Positions 8,822 through 19,537 of a stretch of DNA of 64,000 bases are shown here, in pieces. The notes below the pieces were generated by a model. It had not been told where the DNA came from, ran no database searches, and saw only the letters and a list, made by a program, of their open reading frames with translations. The position numbers and the translations under genes were made by a program. Each line of letters starts with the position of its first letter. Position 1 is the first letter of the stretch. This DNA comes from an uncultured Chloroflexia bacterium (GTDB taxonomy: Bacteria; Chloroflexota; Anaerolineae; CG2-30-64-16). The DNA lies in assembly GCA_963810095.1 (NCBI GenBank), contig CAWEMM010000006.1:1419353-1483352 (forward strand), given 5' to 3'.

Positions 8822-10987
8822 ATGAGCCGTGGCCGTCGGACTTATCTCTACAGCGTGGCCTTGTTTGGCCTCGTGGCTTCGCTGGTCAGCCTGGTATCCT
8901 TCTTGTGGCGGTTTTTCGCCGCCCGCGCCGTGGACCTGCTCGGGGCGTCGCCCCTGACCGGGGTGCTGGACTCGCCCGCGCTGCCCTGGCTGATACTCTT
9001 CCTGCTGACCCTCGCCACGTGGCTCTATCACATCATCGCCGCAAACCGGGCGGCCCGCCCGCTGACCATGGCCGGGGCCGCCGAACGTGCCGCGCCCGAA
9101 CGCAAGATGTACCTCTACATGGGGCGGCTGGCTGTTGTGGCGGTCCTGGCCGGACAGGCCTGGCTGCTGATCCGCCACGTGGCCGTTGCATTTCTCGACA
9201 ACGGCGTTGCCGGCTTACGGGCGGGCAGCGGGTGGACCTTGGCGCTGGCCGCGGGGATCGTCGTCGCCCTGGGTTACTACGTCTACCTGCGCGTCGAGGC
9301 GAGCCGCGATGGTGACTTGGGTCAGGAGCGGGGCAAGGCGGTGCTTTGGCGGAGGGCGTACACGTACGCGGCCGCGCTGGCCGGCGCGCTGCTGACATTC
9401 CTCGGCGGCGGCGAGTTGATCCGTGCGGGGATCCGGGTCTTGATGACGCCGCTGAGCCGCGACGTGACGTGGCATGGTCCTGCCGCGGCTGCGCTTGGGG
9501 CGCTCGTCGTCGGCTTGCCGCTAAGTGCAGCGGCCTGGGGCGCGGCGAACCGGGCCGCGACCATGAACGCGCCCTCGGAGACGAACGCGCTCAGCCGGGT
9601 GCTGCTGCGCTACGGCGGCGTGCTGGTGGCGACGCTCGTCACCCTCGTGGCGTTGGGCTACCTGGTCGAGCAGATCATCCTGACTGCCATCAGCCGGCCG
9701 GTCGGAAATGCAGGCCGGGCCTTATTCGGCATGTTCGACTGGACCTGGGCGCTGGCCTACCTGCCCGTGGCCGCGCTGATGTGGATCAGTTTTTCGGGCG
9801 GCGCGCGGACGGATGCGCTCTGGGGTGGTGAGAAGCCGCGCACGGGCGGCATCCGCCGGGTTGTCCGCTACCTGCTGACGGCGATCTCGCTGGTCGCCTT
9901 CTGGTACGGCTTGACGGAGTTCACGCGGCTGATTCTCCAGGTGTTCCTGGGCGCAGACTCGGCCACGGGCAGCGCGGCCGAATGGGTCCAGCGCTTCGCG
10001 ACCTCGGCGGCGTTCCTTCTGATTGGCGCGCCGGCGTGGTGGGGTCACTGGTGGTCGCAGCAGATGCGCGTGCGTTCGGAGAACTACGAGAGCCGCGGCA
10101 CAGCCGTGAGCGAACGGGGCTCGCGGGTGCGGCGTGTCTACCTGTGGGGGGTTCTGCTGGTGGCTGCCGTGGTGGTCGTCGCCGCGTTTGGGTTCGCCGT
10201 GGTGCTGGCGTTGAACTGGCGGTCGGCCGGCAACCTCGGCGGGGTGCGGGCTGCGGTGGCGGGCGCCGTGGCCGCGGCAGTTGTTGCCGCGTTCTGGGCA
10301 CTCGTCCACGGCCTGGTGTTGAGGAGTGACATGCGTTATCTGTCGCGGGGCCAAGCCGCCGGCGCTGCGGAGCCCGTCATCGTCGCACCGCTCGTGCCGG
10401 CGGCTGCGGCTGCTCCGGCCGGCATCGGGCCTGTCGCAGCGGCCGCGGCCGTCGCCGGTGTAAGCCGGGCGGCGCCGGGCGGGACGCAGCCCCAGCCCCT
10501 TGCCGAGAGCCGCGAGTATCGCCGGGAAGACCTGGCGCCGCTGGCCGCGCAGGCGGGTTTGGACGTCGTGGCAGGAGGGGCAACACCCGCCCTGGTCATC
10601 CTGGACGGTGCCGATGGCGCGCTGGGCGCGCAGCTGACAGCAGCGCTTCGTTCCGCATTCCCGACCGCAGCGCTCTGGCCGGTGGGGTTGAACGAGGTGG
10701 CGCACATGGCTATGCTGGGCGCGCTGGGCCAGGAGCCGCCCGTCCTGCCCGACGATGCCTTCGACCGGGCCGCGGGCATCCTTGCGCCGTCGGACGTGCT
10801 GATCCCCGGTGCGTTGGATGGGCAGGTCACTGCCGAACTGGTCGAGGCGCTCGCGCGGACCACCGCCCGGATCATGCTGCTGCCCCCGCACGACGCCCGG
10901 CTGCGCTGGGTGGCCGCGCCGAATTGGCCGGTGGAGCGCTGGGTGGAAAACGCGGTGATCGAAGCGGGAAACGTGCTTGGGGCGTAA
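8822..10987 (+). CDS. large membrane protein with six repeated TM-hairpin modules plus a C-terminal soluble domain
   Basis: ATG follows GAGGAGG. A module starting R(R/K)xYLY/W recurs: RRTYLYSVALFG, RKMYLYMGRLAV, RRAYTYAAALAG, SRVLLRYGGVLV, RRVVRYLLTAIS and RRVYLWGVLLVA. No enzymatic motif was recognised. Confidence 0.8.
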   Translation: MSRGRRTYLYSVALFGLVASLVSLVSFLWRFFAARAVDLLGASPLTGVLDSPALPWLILFLLTLATWLYHIIAANRAARPLTMAGAAERAAPERKMYLYMGRLAVVAVLAGQAWLLIRHVAVAFLDNGVAGLRAGSGWTLALAAGIVVALGYYVYLRVEASRDGDLGQERGKAVLWRRAYTYAAALAGALLTFLGGGELIRAGIRVLMTPLSRDVTWHGPAAAALGALVVGLPLSAAAWGAANRAATMNAPSETNALSRVLLRYGGVLVATLVTLVALGYLVEQIILTAISRPVGNAGRALFGMFDWTWALAYLPVAALMWISFSGGARTDALWGGEKPRTGGIRRVVRYLLTAISLVAFWYGLTEFTRLILQVFLGADSATGSAAEWVQRFATSAAFLLIGAPAWWGHWWSQQMRVRSENYESRGTAVSERGSRVRRVYLWGVLLVAAVVVVAAFGFAVVLALNWRSAGNLGGVRAAVAGAVAAAVVAAFWALVHGLVLRSDMRYLSRGQAAGAAEPVIVAPLVPAAAAAPAGIGPVAAAAAVAGVSRAAPGGTQPQPLAESREYRREDLAPLAAQAGLDVVAGGATPALVILDGADGALGAQLTAALRSAFPTAALWPVGLNEVAHMAMLGALGQEPPVLPDDAFDRAAGILAPSDVLIPGALDGQVTAELVEALARTTARIMLLPPHDARLRWVAAPNWPVERWVENAVIEAGNVLGA

Positions 10988-11006
10988 CGAGAAATGACAA
11001 GGGCGA

Positions 11007-11048
11007 GGCATTGCGGCCTGCACTGCTCGCAGCGCAGGCCGCAATGCC
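11007..11048. terminator. bidirectional hairpin between convergent genes
   Basis: GGCATTGCGGCCTGC (11007-11021) pairs perfectly with GCAGGCCGCAATGCC (11034-11048). Confidence 0.7.
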
Positions 11049-11055
11049 TACGCCC

Positions 11056-12315
11056 CTACTCCTGCAGGCACTTGAGACAGTAATCCACTTCTTCGCGTGT
11101 GTTGTAGTGCGCCAGGCCCGCGCGCACTACGCCGCCGCTTTCTTCGATCCCCAGGCGCTCGGTGACGGCCAGCGCATAGAAGTTGCCCGACCATACATAC
11201 ACGCCGCGGCGAGCCAGGTGCTCGGCCACCTCGTCCGGATGCTTGCCCGCGAGCCGGAACGCGGCCGTCGGGGTGCGCCGGTCGAACTGGCTTGGATCGG
11301 CGATGCCGTAGAAGGTCAGGCCGGGGATGGCCCGCAGGCCCTGGGCGAAGTGCGCGAACAGGTCCCGCTCATACGCCTTGATGGCGGCCATCGCCTGCTT
11401 CAACGCCAGCCGGCTGCCTGTGAAGCCCGGGAATTGGCCCTCAAACTCGCCTCCGCACATGCTCCCGAGCTCGGCCAGATACTCGACCGCGGCCAGAACG
11501 CCCGCCTGCGCCTCGTGGGCCTGGGTGCCCGTCTCGAACTTGTCGGGCGACGCGTTGCCGGCCGGACGCACCTTGTAGGCCCGCAGCTGCTCCAGAAGCT
11601 CGTGCCGGCCCCACAGCGTGCCCGAGTGCGGGCCGAAAAACTTGTAAGGCGAGCAGATCAGGAAGTCGCAGCCGAGCGCCTGCACGTCGACCGGACCGTG
11701 CGGGACGTAGTGCACCGCATCGACCCATAACCATGCGCCGGCCGCGTGAACCAGGCGGGCAATCTCGGGGATCGGATTGACCGTCCCGACCGCGTTCGAG
11801 GCGTAGCCGACCGCTACGAGCTTGGTCTTGGGGCCGAGCTTGCTCTGCAGGTCGTCGAGGCGCAGCGTGCAGTCTGCCGGGTCGAAGTCGACCTCCTTGA
11901 CCACAACCCCCTTTTCGGCCAGCGCAAGCCAGGGTGCGCGATTTGCGTCGTGGTCGAGCTTCGTGATGAGCACCTCGTCGCCGGGGGCCAGCTCGCGGCC
12001 GATGGCCCGGCTGACGGCAAACGTGAGCGTGGTCATGTTGGCGCCGAAGACGATCTCGGCGGGCGAGGCCGCGTTGAGCAGATCGGCCATGGCCTCATGC
12101 GCGGCGTGCAGCACTGCGTCGCTCTCGCGGGAGGTGCGGAACGCGCCCCCATGGTTGGCGTTCGATCGGATGAGGTAATGCGCCATCGCATCGATCACGC
12201 GCTGGGGCACCTGGGTGCCGCCGGGTCCGTCGAAGTAGACGGCCGGCCGGCCCGCGTCGACCAGGGCGAGCGCGGGGAACTGGGAACGGACGAAGGAAAG
12301 GTCTAGCTGAGACAT
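11056..12315 (-). CDS. class V aminotransferase / cysteine desulfurase-like PLP enzyme
   Basis: The N-terminus reads FPAL...VYFDGPGGTQVPQRVIDAM. The PLP-lysine context is CSPYKFFGPHSG. An AGGAG RBS precedes the ATG. Confidence 0.85.
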   Translation of the reverse strand: MSQLDLSFVRSQFPALALVDAGRPAVYFDGPGGTQVPQRVIDAMAHYLIRSNANHGGAFRTSRESDAVLHAAHEAMADLLNAASPAEIVFGANMTTLTFAVSRAIGRELAPGDEVLITKLDHDANRAPWLALAEKGVVVKEVDFDPADCTLRLDDLQSKLGPKTKLVAVGYASNAVGTVNPIPEIARLVHAAGAWLWVDAVHYVPHGPVDVQALGCDFLICSPYKFFGPHSGTLWGRHELLEQLRAYKVRPAGNASPDKFETGTQAHEAQAGVLAAVEYLAELGSMCGGEFEGQFPGFTGSRLALKQAMAAIKAYERDLFAHFAQGLRAIPGLTFYGIADPSQFDRRTPTAAFRLAGKHPDEVAEHLARRGVYVWSGNFYALAVTERLGIEESGGVVRAGLAHYNTREEVDYCLKCLQE

Positions 12316-12354
12316 GGTTTGCTCCTGAAGGGATAGACCGTCGCATCTTACCCA

Positions 12355-12436
12355 AGAAACCCGCTTTCTGCCAGAACCACCTTTAGGAAACCAGGTTTCT
12401 CCGAGAAACCGGGTTTCTGCTCTCGCATGCTATAAT
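12355..12436 (+). promoter_or_regulatory. three copies of the palindrome (A/G)GAAACCnGGTTTCT upstream of a TATAAT box
   Basis: The copies are AGAAACCCGCTTTCT (12355-12369), GGAAACCAGGTTTCT (12386-12400) and AGAAACCGGGTTTCT (12404-12418). TATAAT lies at 12431-12436. The region sits between divergent genes 12315(-) and 12476(+). Confidence 0.55.
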
Positions 12437-12475
12437 GGCCCGGTCAGACGATTCTCCTGCAAAGAGGTTAACCTC

Positions 12476-13063
12476 GTGGCTACTCAAGTTCGCCTGTTCG
12501 TCAGCGCGGGACCGGCTGAAGAGGGGGCGAGGGAACACCTGGGCCGGGCGCTTGCGGAGCTGCCCATCAGCGTGGGCTGGGTGATCAAGCGCACACCCGA
12601 CGTCGACTCCGTGGCCGAATGCCACCTGTTCGCGGTGCTACTTGGCCGCGATATCGCCGCGCCGGTGGGGCTCGAGCTATGGTGGGCGCGGCGCACGGAG
12701 AAGCCGGTGCTGGCCTATACGGCCGAAGGGCTGCGCACGCCGGCCTGCCAGGTGTTCTTCCAGGACAACTTCTACCTCGACTGGCACCCATTTCCCGATG
12801 CGGTGAGTTTGCGGCGCCTGTTCCTGCTCGACATCTGCCGCTTTCTCCTCGCCCACGACGAGCGGTATGGCGTGACCGTGGTCGAGACGGAGGCGCTGCG
12901 CGGCTTCATGGCGCGATTGGAAAAGCCCGCAGCGGTCGTCCCCGGCCGCGCTCCGGCACGGGAAGGCCCCCTGGCCAGGCCCCAAGGCGCAGGGGGCGGG
13001 GGCGTGATCCTCGCGCCGGGCAAGGACACCCCGCGCGGTGCACGCATCATTGGCGAGGAGTGA
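12476..13063 (+). CDS. hypothetical protein
   Basis: This 195-aa ORF has a GTG start behind AAAGAGG. No family was recognised with confidence. Confidence 0.6.
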   Translation: MATQVRLFVSAGPAEEGAREHLGRALAELPISVGWVIKRTPDVDSVAECHLFAVLLGRDIAAPVGLELWWARRTEKPVLAYTAEGLRTPACQVFFQDNFYLDWHPFPDAVSLRRLFLLDICRFLLAHDERYGVTVVETEALRGFMARLEKPAAVVPGRAPAREGPLARPQGAGGGGVILAPGKDTPRGARIIGEE

Positions 13064-14936
13064 GCCCGCGCAGCCCATGAACCTGTCTCCCAGCGTCCCT
13101 GCCCCGCGCCCTGCGCCCCTCGCACGAGTTACAGCCTGGCTGCGTCGCGATGTGCACCTGTGGTTGGCCCTACTCCTGGTCGTCCCTGCAATGCTGCCGC
13201 TCTTCGCGCCGGGCTACTTCGTGAAAGCCCACGACGCGCGGCACAGCATCTTCTTCCTGGTCGAGTTCGACCGCAGTTTCAGCGAGGGCGCCTTGTGGCC
13301 CGTGTGGGGGCCCGACCATGCCGTCGGATTCGGCTATCCGACGTTCTTGTTGTACGCACCGCTCGCGTTTTACGTGGGCGAGGCATTCCACCTGCTGGGT
13401 CTTGGCTTCGCCGCGGCGACGAAGGCGACCTGGGCGCTCGGCTTCCTGCTGGGCGCGGCGGGCACCTACCGCCTTAGCCGGCGCTGGTTCACCCCCGCAG
13501 TTGCGCTGGTTGCGAGCCTCGCTTTCACGTACGCGCCGTATCACCTGGGGCAGATCTACGTGCGCGCCGCCCTTGCCGAGTTCATGGCGCTTGCCTGGTT
13601 GCCCTGGGCCGTGCTGGCCTTCTTACGACTGTGGGACGAGCCGGGACCGCGCCGGGCGGCGCTGGCCGGGCTGGCGTTGGCGGCGTTGTTGCTGTTTCAC
13701 ACAGTCTCGACGTTGACCTTCGCGCCGCTGATCGGCGCGCTGCTGGCGCTGCTCCTCGTGCGGGACGCGGTGAAGGCGCGCTCGCTCGTGCGGGCGGTGC
13801 GCTCGCCGCAGGCCGGCTGGACGTTCGTGGCGCTGGTCGTGGCGGGCCTGCTCTCCTGCATCTTCTTCGTGCCCATGCTCCTGGAGCGCGGCGGCGTGGC
13901 ACAGTGGCAGTGGGTCAAGGAGACGTACAGCTACCGGCTGCACTTCGTCTATCCGGGTCAATTCCTGCTTCCCACCTGGGGCTATGGCTACTCCGTGGCA
14001 GGCCCGAACGATGGCATGAGTTTTCAGGTCGGCATCCCGATCTTCCTGCTGGCGGTGCTGGGCGCCGGCGTGGCGCTGCTGAGGCGCGCGCGTCCTGAGC
14101 CGACCGCCTTCCAGCTGGAAGGGGTGGAGGCGCCGGTCGCGCCTCCGGCGGGCGGGCGATTAATGGTCCTGTTCCTCACGGCCGTCACGCTGGTGACCCT
14201 GTTCCTGATGACGCCGGCGGCGCAGGGCATCTGGGATGTGCTGCCCCTGGTGGAGTTAATCCAATTTCCGTGGCGTTTGCTGGCGGTGGTCGTGTTTGCG
14301 CTGGCGCTGCTCGCAGGTTGGGGCGCATGGCTGCTCAACTCGCGTGCCTTGCGCCGGGGACCGCAAGGCGTCAGCCCCTTCGTCTACGTTGCCGGGTTGG
14401 CGCTCATCGTGAGCAGCCTGCCGTTCACGCGGCCCGAGATCGTCCCGCTCAGGCCGCAGGATGAGAGCCCGCTCGCGGTGCTCGACTTCGAGATGGCCTT
14501 CCCCGACATGCGCGGGTTGACCGCGTGGGCCGAGCGGCCGCCCGCGGACGCCGACTCGCCGCTGATTGCCCAGTACCTGGCCGGGCAGCCGCTGCAAAAG
14601 GCGGCGATTGCGTCGGGCTCGGGCACGATTCTCGAGCAGTCGTCCGGTGCGCTGTCGGCGCGGGCGAGCGTGCGCGCGACCGGCCCGTTGTCTCTGCGCT
14701 TCTACACGTATTACTTCCCCGGCTGGCGTGCGACGGTCGACGGGCGGCCTGCTGAGTTGCGGGCTGAGGGCCCGAACGGGCTGATGACGGTGGACGTGCC
14801 GGCCGGCGAGCACGAAGTGCGGGTTACGTTTGGGCAGACCCCGGCGAGGATGGCCGGCCGGTTGCTGGCCGCCCTGGGTGCGCTTCTATGCGTGTTTTTG
14901 CTGGTAAAGGGCAAGCGCAAGGCAATTATCGGCTGA
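13038..14936 (+). CDS. polytopic membrane protein (GT-C / PTPS-related-like), the intact paralog
   Basis: This 632-aa protein has PLFAPGYFVKAHDARHSIFF and FPWRLL, with many TM spans. An alternative start ATG 13077 avoids overlap with the upstream gene. Confidence 0.85.
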   Translation: MHASLARSEPAQPMNLSPSVPAPRPAPLARVTAWLRRDVHLWLALLLVVPAMLPLFAPGYFVKAHDARHSIFFLVEFDRSFSEGALWPVWGPDHAVGFGYPTFLLYAPLAFYVGEAFHLLGLGFAAATKATWALGFLLGAAGTYRLSRRWFTPAVALVASLAFTYAPYHLGQIYVRAALAEFMALAWLPWAVLAFLRLWDEPGPRRAALAGLALAALLLFHTVSTLTFAPLIGALLALLLVRDAVKARSLVRAVRSPQAGWTFVALVVAGLLSCIFFVPMLLERGGVAQWQWVKETYSYRLHFVYPGQFLLPTWGYGYSVAGPNDGMSFQVGIPIFLLAVLGAGVALLRRARPEPTAFQLEGVEAPVAPPAGGRLMVLFLTAVTLVTLFLMTPAAQGIWDVLPLVELIQFPWRLLAVVVFALALLAGWGAWLLNSRALRRGPQGVSPFVYVAGLALIVSSLPFTRPEIVPLRPQDESPLAVLDFEMAFPDMRGLTAWAERPPADADSPLIAQYLAGQPLQKAAIASGSGTILEQSSGALSARASVRATGPLSLRFYTYYFPGWRATVDGRPAELRAEGPNGLMTVDVPAGEHEVRVTFGQTPARMAGRLLAALGALLCVFLLVKGKRKAIIG

Positions 14937-15135
14937 CGCCTGATGACTATTTTGCGGGGGCGCTCTTGCCCCCGCCGCCCCGACGCGAGTGGCTGCCCAC
15001 GACCGACTCATTGGCGGGGAGCGCTCTCGCCCCCGACGCGAGGGGTTGCCACGACCGACTCATTGGCGGGAGCGCTCTTGCCCCCGCCGCCCCCGACCAG
15101 GGGCTGCGCCCCTTGGAACCCCAAAGGCAGCGCTG
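14937..15135. repeat. GC-rich hairpin repeat, copy B (tandem sub-units of about 57 bp)
   Basis: The unit CGACCGACTCATTGGCGGG(G)AGCGCTCT(T/C)GCCCCCG occurs about 2.5 times. There is a hairpin GCGGGGGC-gctctt-GCCCCCGC at 14954-14975. The copy ends with the family module CCAGGGGCTGCGCCCCTTGGAACCCCAAAGG. Confidence 0.75.
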
Positions 15136-15322
15136 TAGGTACACGTTCGCCTGGATAAGTCACTGTACGGGGGATGAGCCAGGGCGGCAGGAACCATGCG
15201 TGTGGTTACAACGCCTAACGGGCCACACGGCTGATGAAGGCAGCCGGCCCGCCGTAAGCGTTGCCTTCGGAGGTTCTGGGGGCGGCGGCGGCATGACATT
15301 GGTCGTATCTGCCTGGGCAAAC

Positions 15323-15351
15323 TTGCGTTTGTTCGTGCAGATTATTATAAT
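15323..15351 (+). promoter_or_regulatory. sigma70-like promoter TTGCGT-17-TATAAT, 10 nt before the start codon
   Basis: The -35 box is at 15323-15328 and the -10 box at 15346-15351. The ATG is at 15362, so the leader is very short or absent. Confidence 0.6.
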
Positions 15352-15361
15352 CGGTTAACCT

Positions 15362-16513
15362 ATGAGCCAACCGGATACACCTCGGCCGTCCTACGGCCAA
15401 CTGCGCACTTGTCCCAGCTGCGGGACACGGGTCGCTCAGAAAGCTGAAACCTGTTTCTTCTGCGGCGCCGCGCTCGATTCAGAGCCACGCCGCCGGCTGC
15501 GATTGCCCTGGGCCGACCTTGTCCTTTTCGCTGCGATCGCCGCGGTGCTCGCCGTGTGGTGGCTGCGCGCCCCCGACGCACCGGAGACGCGCGGACCGGG
15601 CACGGTCGAAGCCGTCTTGAGCGCGCAGCGGGCCGCCGCGTCGCCCACTGCTGCGATCGTCGCTGCTTTGCAGCTGGACGACCCGACGAACACCCCGATG
15701 CCAACCCGAACGCCGCTTCCCACGTCGACAGTCGCTCCCACTGCTACGCCTGAAGCGGCCTCACCCACTCCGGCGGCGGGTCCGACCCGTCACAAGGTGC
15801 AAGCGGGCGATTCCGTAGCGGCTATTGCTGCCAAATATGGCTCGACGATCAAGGATATTATCTCGGCCAACAACCTGAGCGCGGACGGCCGCCTGAGCAT
15901 CGGACAAGAGCTGCTGATCCCGGTTGCCGGGCCTATGGGTGGCCCGGGACCGACGGCGACCCCCGGCACCACGGGCCTGATGTACAACACGCGGGCCGGC
16001 GACACGATCAGCGGCATCGCGACCCGTTTCAAGTCGCAGGTCGACTGGATCATGAAGGCCAATAATATCAAGCCGGGCGACACGCTGCGCATCGGCCAGC
16101 CGCTCCTGGTCCCGCTGGTGCCGGCCACCCCCACCCCCATACCGACCGATCCGATCACGCCCCTGCCGCCGACGCCCACGGAAATCCCGGGCTTGTCTGC
16201 GCCCCAGCTGTTGACGCCGGCGGACGGCGCAACGATTGCGGGACAAGACACGCTCCTTCTGAGTTGGACGTCGGTGGGTGTGTTGGCTCCGGAAGAGTAC
16301 TACGTGGTGACATTGAAGTCGCCCGAGAAGGAAACCGCTGTCGCAACGTGGTGGACCAAGAGCACGTCGTGGCGGCTGCCGGTCGATTACCGGCCCACCG
16401 GCAGCGCAGGGCTGGATTACGTCTGGCGGGTGCAGGTGCGGCGGGGCGGGCAAGACAAGCCGGGCGAGGCCACCAGTCCCACCAGCGAACAGCGGCGTTT
16501 CACCTGGCGTTAA
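15362..16513 (+). CDS. zinc-ribbon / TM / Pro-Thr linker / 2x LysM domain protein
   Basis: The zinc ribbon reads CPSCGTRVAQKAETCFFCGA and is followed by one TM span. The two LysM repeats are HKVQAGDSVAAIAAKYGSTIKDIISANNL and YNTRAGDTISGIATRFKSQVDWIMKANNI. Confidence 0.85.
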   Translation: MSQPDTPRPSYGQLRTCPSCGTRVAQKAETCFFCGAALDSEPRRRLRLPWADLVLFAAIAAVLAVWWLRAPDAPETRGPGTVEAVLSAQRAAASPTAAIVAALQLDDPTNTPMPTRTPLPTSTVAPTATPEAASPTPAAGPTRHKVQAGDSVAAIAAKYGSTIKDIISANNLSADGRLSIGQELLIPVAGPMGGPGPTATPGTTGLMYNTRAGDTISGIATRFKSQVDWIMKANNIKPGDTLRIGQPLLVPLVPATPTPIPTDPITPLPPTPTEIPGLSAPQLLTPADGATIAGQDTLLLSWTSVGVLAPEEYYVVTLKSPEKETAVATWWTKSTSWRLPVDYRPTGSAGLDYVWRVQVRRGGQDKPGEATSPTSEQRRFTWR

Positions 16514-16533
16514 CGGGCGACCCCAGTGACTGC

Positions 16534-16566
16534 AAGTGCCGGGCACCTTCAAGGTGCCCGGCACTT
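16534..16566. terminator. bidirectional rho-independent-type hairpin
   Basis: The hairpin is AAGTGCCGGGCACC-ttcaa-GGTGCCCGGCACTT followed by TT. It lies between convergent genes. Confidence 0.75.
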
Positions 16567-16567
16567 T

Positions 16568-17358
16568 TCAGTTTGCGGTGGGAAGATGCAGCACGGCGTA
16601 TAGGTTCAGATTGCCTTCGTGGCCGTCGGAGAAAAAGGTCTCCTGCGCCCCAAGGCCCGCCGCGGCCGCCATTTCTTTGAGCTCCGCCTCGTCGATGTAC
16701 GCGCAATAGCGGGCCCCCGGCGATCCTTCCCCCCACCCCACCAGGTAGTCGTTGCGCTCGACCTCGGCCAGATCGATCCCGACAGAATCCCAGGAGGCGA
16801 TGCGCTTTCTGAGCCGGTCGGAGGCCATGAACTGCCAGGTGGACACGATCAGGGGCGCGCCGGGCGGCAGCAGGGCTGCGCTCCGCCGCGAGAAACTCGA
16901 TGCGGTGACTGCGGCCGGGGATGTGGTGCAGGACCGCCAGGCAGACCGCTGCGTCAAACGGGCCCGCTTGAGACAAGGCGCCGGGCCAGTCGGGCGCGAA
17001 GAGGTCGGCCTCGACGAGCGCGGACGGGATGCGCGGGCGCTGCGCAGCCGTGGCGGCTGCATCTGCCAGCAGGTTCGTGCTGCTGTCCAGCCCCGTGTAG
17101 CGGCCGGTCCAGCCGCTGTCGTCGAGGAAGACGAGGAACCGGGCGTTGCCGCAGCCCAGGTCGAGGACGTTGAACCCGTTTTCCAGATAGGGTAGAATGC
17201 GGCTGAAGCCGGGGGGCCACGAGCGCCGGGTGCGCGAGAACTCGCCGGCGAAGCGCGCATAGAACTGCCTGTTGAGCGCGAGGAGCGCGGCGACCGTCTG
17301 GGGTTGCATTTGATCTTGCGGTTGGCTTTGATCTTGAGGTTGCATGTGTTGAGGTTGC

Positions 17359-17360
<2 letters not shown>
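16568..17360 (-). pseudogene. Trm9-like class I SAM-dependent methyltransferase with one +1 frame disruption near 16888
   Basis: The N-terminal part lies in the ORF 16500..17522 frame: YARFAGEFSRTRRSWPP, VLDLGCGN, AVLHHIPGRSHRIEFL. The C-terminal part lies in ORF 16568..17260: RRSAALLPPGAPLIVSTWQF ... RYCAYIDEAELKEM. Candidate starts are 17360, 17345 and 17309. Confidence 0.8.
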
Positions 17361-19095
<1,735 letters not shown>

Positions 19096-19280
19096 GGAGA
19101 GCTCTCGACTCGCGTGCGCCCACGGCTCCGCATCCTTCGATTACGCTGCGCTCCGCTCGGCCTGTTTTTTCGTTGCGGCCGTGCGGCGTGAGCTGTTTTT
19201 GTCCCGCGGTTGTTCATGCTATACTTGCGCCACTTAGAGAGGCTTGAGGACGGGTTTCCACGCAGACAAGGAGCGCGCAG

Positions 19281-19502
19281 ATGGATTTCGGCAAGTTCTT
19301 GCTGGGGTTGTTGGTGGGTGCGGCCAGTGGCGCCGCTGCCGCGTTGATGCTGACGCCTCAGTCAGGCGAGGCGACGCAGAACTCGATTCGCGAGCGCGTG
19401 CAGCTCGTCATGGACGAGGGGAAGCGCGCGGCTGCCGAGCGGCGGGCCGAACTCGAAGCCCAATTTGCGCAAGCGCGGCAGACGCCTCGGCTAGAGGGCT
19501 GA
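19281..19502 (+). CDS. YtxH domain-containing small membrane-associated protein
   Basis: The sequence MDFGKFLLGLLVGAASGAAAALMLTPQSGEATQ is followed by a coiled, charged tail. Confidence 0.7.
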   Translation: MDFGKFLLGLLVGAASGAAAALMLTPQSGEATQNSIRERVQLVMDEGKRAAAERRAELEAQFAQARQTPRLEG

Positions 19503-19537
19503 CCGAGCGGCGCCGGCATTGTCGAGAGGGGGCTCAG

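Noticed and set aside
14951-15125. Regularly spaced repeats of about 57 bp could have been a small CRISPR array.
   Set aside because: The whole unit repeats, so there are no unique spacers. The units are hairpin modules of the dispersed GC-rich repeat family. No cas genes are nearby.
15200-15290. The hairpin-rich stretch AACGCCTAACGGGCC...GGCCCGCCGTAAGCGTT with the GGCTG-atgaagg-CAGCC loop was considered as an SRP-like or other small RNA.
   Set aside because: It has no GNRA-capped domain IV motif or other diagnostic sequence. It could equally be the tail of repeat copy B. The evidence is insufficient.
19096-19280. T-runs (CTGTTTTTTCG and CTGTTTTTGTC) after elp3 were considered as terminators, and TTGTCC...TATACT as a promoter for ytxH.
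   Set aside because: No convincing GC-rich stem precedes the T-runs, and the hexamer spacing is off (15 or 18 nt). This is too weak to annotate.
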